From a virus (Duplodnaviria > Heunggongvirae > Uroviricota > Caudoviricetes), in IMG/VR virus record IMGVR_UViG_2802429219_000011, positions 1-18,574 of that record: DNA of 18,574 bases. The stretch is one strand, 5' to 3'. Shown here one piece after another: positions 14,679 to 18,574 of the stretch (positions are counted from its first letter, which is position 1; each line of letters opens with the position of its first letter). The position numbers and the translations under genes were made by a program. The notes under the pieces were generated by a model that was not told the DNA's origin, did no database searches, and saw only the letters and a list, made by a program, of their open reading frames with translations.

Positions 14679-17153
14679 ATGAGTAAAGTCTTTATTTGCG
14701 CCGCCATTCCGGACGAACAGGCAATAAAGGAAGAAGGTGCAGTTGCTGTAGCCACTGCCATTGAAGCCGGTGACGAACGCCGCGCCCGTGCCAAATTTAC
14801 CTGGCAATTCCTGGAGCAATATCCGGCTGCTCAGGACTGCGCTTATAAATTTCTTGTCTGCGAGGATAAACCCGGCATGCCCCGCCCTGCTATCGACTCC
14901 TGGGATACCGAATATATGCAGGAAAACCGCTGGGATGAGGAATCCGCTTCCTTTATTCCGGTCGAACCAGAATCCGATCCGATGAACGTCAATTTTGACA
15001 AGCTGTCCCTTGAAGTACAGAACGCGGTCCTGGTTAAGTTCGGTACATGTGAAAACATCACCGTTGATATGGTGATTAGCGCACAGGAGTTACTGCAGGA
15101 AGACGTGGCGACATTCGACGGGCATATCGTTGAAGCACTGATGAAAACACCAGAAATTAACGCTATGTATCCGGAACGCAAACTGTTCGCTATCGGATGG
15201 GGTAAACACAAATGTAAGCCGGGTGCCAAATGGCCCGAAATTCAGGCTGAATTACGTAACTGGAAAAAACGGCAGGACGCGGAGCGCAAAGAGACTGGAA
15301 AATACACGTCTGTTGTTGATCTCGCCCGCACCAGAGTCAACCGACAGCACACTGAAAACTCAGCAGAAAAAATCCCCCCTGTCACTGCAGTTATTCGTCG
15401 CGAATACAAGCAGACATGGAAAACATTGGATGATGAACTGGCCTACGCTCTGTGGCCTGGTGACATTGATGCCGGAAACATTGACGGCAGCATCCATCGC
15501 TGGGCAAAAAATGAAGTTATCGAGAGCGATCGCGAAGACTGGAAGCGTATTTCCGCATCAATGCGCAAACAGCCTGATGCCATTCGCTATGACCGTCAGA
15601 CTATTTTTGGCCTTGTCCGTGAGCGTCCGATCGACATTCACAAGGATCCCGTGGCACTGAACAAATACATCACTGAATACCTGGCGACAAAGGGCGTGTT
15701 TGAGGATGAAGAAACAGACCAGAACACTGCTGATATTCTCCAGCCGTCAGCAGCACAAACTGATGCAGTGGAAACTGAAGTATCTGATACCAAAAAAAAT
15801 GAAAGCGCGCTGGAAACTGAACCATCTGTAGAGCGTGAGGGGCCGTTCTACTTCCTCTTCACCGATAAGGATGGCGAAAAATATGGTCGTGCAAACAAAC
15901 TTTCTGGTCTGAATAAGGCGCTGGCTGCCGGGGCTACTGAAATCACGAAAGAAGAATATTTTGCCCGCAAAAACGGCACATACTCAGGTTCACAACAAAA
16001 TACTGGTGCATCTGACACGACCGCACAACCAGAGCCGGTAAAAGTTACCGCTGACGAAGTAAACAAAATTATGCAGGCAGTCAGCCAGCCTGACGCCAAT
16101 CAGTTGCTTGCTGCCTCTCGCGGAGAATTTGTTGCAGGGATTAGCGACCCGAATGATCCGAAATGGGTGAAGGGGATTGAAACCCGCGATTCTGTGTACC
16201 AGAACCAGCAAGAAACGGAACAGAACGACCAGAAAGCGGAACAAAACAGCCAAAATGCGTTACAAAACGAGCCAGAAACGAAACAATCCGAACCAGTAGC
16301 GCAACAAGAACCAGAAAAAACCTGCACCGCCTGCGGTCAGAGCGGTGGCGGCAACTGCCCTGATTGTGGCGCGGTGATGGGCAACGCAACATATCAGGAA
16401 ACATTCGATGAAGAGAATCAGGTTGAAGTTCAGGAAAATGATCCGGAGGAAATGGAAGGCGCTGAACATCCACACAAGGGGGACACTAGCGGCGCTCAGG
16501 ACCACGCCAGCGATAGTGAAACTGGTGAGGCGGCAGATCCCTTAATTAATGTGAATGGTCATCATAAAAGCACATCCACCAGCAGAGTGTGGTACCACCT
16601 GATGATCGACCTTGAAACGATGGGTAAAAAAAGTAATGCCCCCATCGTGGTTATTGGTGCTGTGTTCTTCGATCCGCAGACCGGGGAAATCGGGCCAACA
16701 TTTTATATCGTTATCAGCCTGGTTGACGCTATGGACACGGGTGCTGTACCTGATGGTTCCACCATCGAATGGTGGCTTGCTCAGTCCAGCGAAGCCAGAT
16801 CTGCAATTTTAGTTGATCAGGTAAAACTGGTTGACGCTCTTATTCAATTTCGGGAATTCATCAATGAGTACTCGAATGAAAAATTCGTTCAGGTATGGGG
16901 CAATGGTGCAACTTTCGACAACACTATTTTACGAACCTCGTACGAACGCCTGAACATCCCCTGCCCGTGGCGTTACTACAACGATCGCGATGTACGTACA
17001 ATCGTTGAACTGGGAAAAACTATCGACTTCGATGCCAGAACAGTTATTCCATTTGAAGGCGTGCGCCACCATGCGCTGGATGATGCCCGTCACCAGGCGA
17101 AATACGTTTCAGCAATCTGGCAAAAACTGATCCCGAATCAGGCTGATTTTTAA
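14679..17153 (+). CDS. Large early protein (824 aa): N-terminal YdfE-like region, Q/E-rich low-complexity linker, C4 zinc-ribbon motif, C-terminal DEDDh-type 3'-5' exonuclease domain
   Basis: C-terminal motifs MIDLETMG (Exo I, D-x-E), WGNGATFDNTIL (Exo II) and HHALDDARHQ (Exo III, H ... D). CTACGQSGGGNCPDCG gives C-x2-C-x8-C-x2-C. GAGG 11 nt upstream of the ATG. Confidence 0.8.
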   Translation: MSKVFICAAIPDEQAIKEEGAVAVATAIEAGDERRARAKFTWQFLEQYPAAQDCAYKFLVCEDKPGMPRPAIDSWDTEYMQENRWDEESASFIPVEPESDPMNVNFDKLSLEVQNAVLVKFGTCENITVDMVISAQELLQEDVATFDGHIVEALMKTPEINAMYPERKLFAIGWGKHKCKPGAKWPEIQAELRNWKKRQDAERKETGKYTSVVDLARTRVNRQHTENSAEKIPPVTAVIRREYKQTWKTLDDELAYALWPGDIDAGNIDGSIHRWAKNEVIESDREDWKRISASMRKQPDAIRYDRQTIFGLVRERPIDIHKDPVALNKYITEYLATKGVFEDEETDQNTADILQPSAAQTDAVETEVSDTKKNESALETEPSVEREGPFYFLFTDKDGEKYGRANKLSGLNKALAAGATEITKEEYFARKNGTYSGSQQNTGASDTTAQPEPVKVTADEVNKIMQAVSQPDANQLLAASRGEFVAGISDPNDPKWVKGIETRDSVYQNQQETEQNDQKAEQNSQNALQNEPETKQSEPVAQQEPEKTCTACGQSGGGNCPDCGAVMGNATYQETFDEENQVEVQENDPEEMEGAEHPHKGDTSGAQDHASDSETGEAADPLINVNGHHKSTSTSRVWYHLMIDLETMGKKSNAPIVVIGAVFFDPQTGEIGPTFYIVISLVDAMDTGAVPDGSTIEWWLAQSSEARSAILVDQVKLVDALIQFREFINEYSNEKFVQVWGNGATFDNTILRTSYERLNIPCPWRYYNDRDVRTIVELGKTIDFDARTVIPFEGVRHHALDDARHQAKYVSAIWQKLIPNQADF

Positions 17154-17217
17154 TGTTCAACCCCGGTCGTCGCCCACCAGCTATAGTGGCGGCGACCATG
17201 ATTAGCGAACGACGCTC

Positions 17218-17466
17218 ATGGCAAGACTTATTCTGCTCACTGAGTGGGCAAAAGAGGAATTCAGTGAACCGGTCCCTACTCCGGGTACGTTAAGTAAATA
17301 CGCTAAAGCCGGAATGATATTTCCTCTCCCCAAAAAAGTAGGAAGGCACTGGCGAGTGGATCCACGCGCTCGCTTTGTCGGAATGGTAAACAAGCCTGAG
17401 GTGATCGCCACAGATCACCCTGCTTTGAAGAGGATACTGGAAGATGGCGCGCCCGCGAAAATATAA
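17218..17466 (+). CDS. xis: Excisionase (lambda Xis-like)
   Basis: Product MARLILLTEWAKEEF ... AGMIFPLPKKVGRHWRV parallels lambda Xis (LTLQEWNARQ ... CRIFPPPVKDGREYLF). Overlaps the int start by 23 nt. Confidence 0.7.
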   Translation: MARLILLTEWAKEEFSEPVPTPGTLSKYAKAGMIFPLPKKVGRHWRVDPRARFVGMVNKPEVIATDHPALKRILEDGAPAKI

Positions 17467-18574
17467 AACCGATGTTCCGGGTTTATCTCCGTATTTTGAC
17501 AAAAGAAATAACAAAGTTTACTGGCGTTACAGGCATCCCATCACAGGTAAAAATCATGGACTCGGCAGTATTGACCAGAAACTGGCGGAAACCATTGCAG
17601 CAGAAGCGAACAGCCGTCTTGCCAGACAACAAATGGAGCAAATGCTCAGTCTGCAGGAGAAAATTATTAGTGATACCGGCGGCGCATCAACCGTTTCCAT
17701 TTTTCTGAATAATTACAGAAAAATTCAACAGGAAAGATATGAGAACGGAGAAATCAAGCTCAGCACGCTGAAACAAAAAGCGGCTCCTCTCAGGGTGTTT
17801 GATGAACGTTTTGGAGCCAGGCCGCTAGATGCCATAACCGTAAAAGATGTGGTATCGGTGCTGGAAGAATACAAGGCAAAGGGACATAACAGAATGGGAC
17901 AAATTTTCAGGAAGGTATTGATCGATGTTTTCCGGGAGGCTCAACAAACGGGTGATGTCCCGCCAGGCTTTAACCCGGCTGAATCGGCAAAAAAACCGCA
18001 AGTGCGGATATCAAGACAGCGACTGACTTTTGATGAGTGGATGATGATTTATAACGCAGCGGAAAAGGATGGTTACTTTTTACAGCGCGGCATGCTGCTG
18101 GCACTGATGACGGGCCAGCGTCTTTCGGATATTTGCAAAATGCAGTTTTCGGATATCCGGGATGGTTACCTTCATGTCGAACAGCAAAAAACAGGAGCCC
18201 GGATAGCCATTCCTCTGGCTCTGCGTTGCGACAAATTAAATCTGACCCTAGGTGACGTGGTGTCATCCTGTCGTGATTACATCCTTAGTCCGTGGTTATT
18301 GCACCATCATCACGCTAAGGGGATGGGTAAGCGCGGCGGGATGGTTAAACCAGCAACGTTAACAGTTGCATTTAAAAAAGCCCGGGATTCTGTGGATTAC
18401 AACTGGCGTGCTAATGGCACTCCACCCTCTTTCCATGAGCAAAGATCTTTATCAGAAAGATTGTTCAGAGAACAGGGAATTGATACCAAAATTTTGCTGG
18501 GTCATTCGAATCAAAAAATGACCGATATTTACAACGACGCACGCGGTAAGGAGTGGAAAAAACTGGTTATTTGA
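17444..18574 (+). CDS. int: Tyrosine recombinase, lambda-type integrase (complete; stop at the window edge)
   Basis: N-terminal arm-binding-like domain, core with R ... LLGHS ... TDIYNDARG placing the catalytic Tyr in the usual motif. 376 aa. Confidence 0.9.
   Translation: MARPRKYKTDVPGLSPYFDKRNNKVYWRYRHPITGKNHGLGSIDQKLAETIAAEANSRLARQQMEQMLSLQEKIISDTGGASTVSIFLNNYRKIQQERYENGEIKLSTLKQKAAPLRVFDERFGARPLDAITVKDVVSVLEEYKAKGHNRMGQIFRKVLIDVFREAQQTGDVPPGFNPAESAKKPQVRISRQRLTFDEWMMIYNAAEKDGYFLQRGMLLALMTGQRLSDICKMQFSDIRDGYLHVEQQKTGARIAIPLALRCDKLNLTLGDVVSSCRDYILSPWLLHHHHAKGMGKRGGMVKPATLTVAFKKARDSVDYNWRANGTPPSFHEQRSLSERLFREQGIDTKILLGHSNQKMTDIYNDARGKEWKKLVI

Noticed and set aside
15848-16505. Four overlapping minus-strand ORFs (75-110 aa)
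   Set aside because: All lie antisense within the 824-aa gene over its repetitive Q/E-rich coding region; they are typical antisense artefacts with no SDs.

Overview
This window reads as the early/regulatory half of a lambdoid prophage of the Qin/DicB type from an E. coli-like enterobacterium, abutted on the left by the right end of an IS21-family element. All identifications are by eye from the ORF translations and the DNA; no searches or computations were run, and family names rest on recalled motifs and recalled reference sequences. The rightward operon lies on the minus strand: Cro-like, O-like and P-like replication genes (with an iteron array inside O), Ren-like, several small ORFs, hokD, a hicA-hicB-orf142 block, a DUF968 protein, rusA, a putative Q, then two tRNAs (Gly-UCC, Thr-UGU), a TerB-like moron and a holin-like membrane gene that runs into the IS. 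The leftward arm on the plus strand is: DicA/PaaR2-like repressor with a PaaA2-like antitoxin and ParE toxin, ydfA/ydfB-like genes, an unknown 212-aa gene, a dicF-like sRNA, dicB, ydfD-like, an 824-aa protein with a C-terminal DEDDh exonuclease domain, xis and int. The best candidates for an undescribed system are the AT-rich hicA-hicB-orf142 block and the 212-aa gene with its convergent 69-aa partner; neither has a function I can assign.
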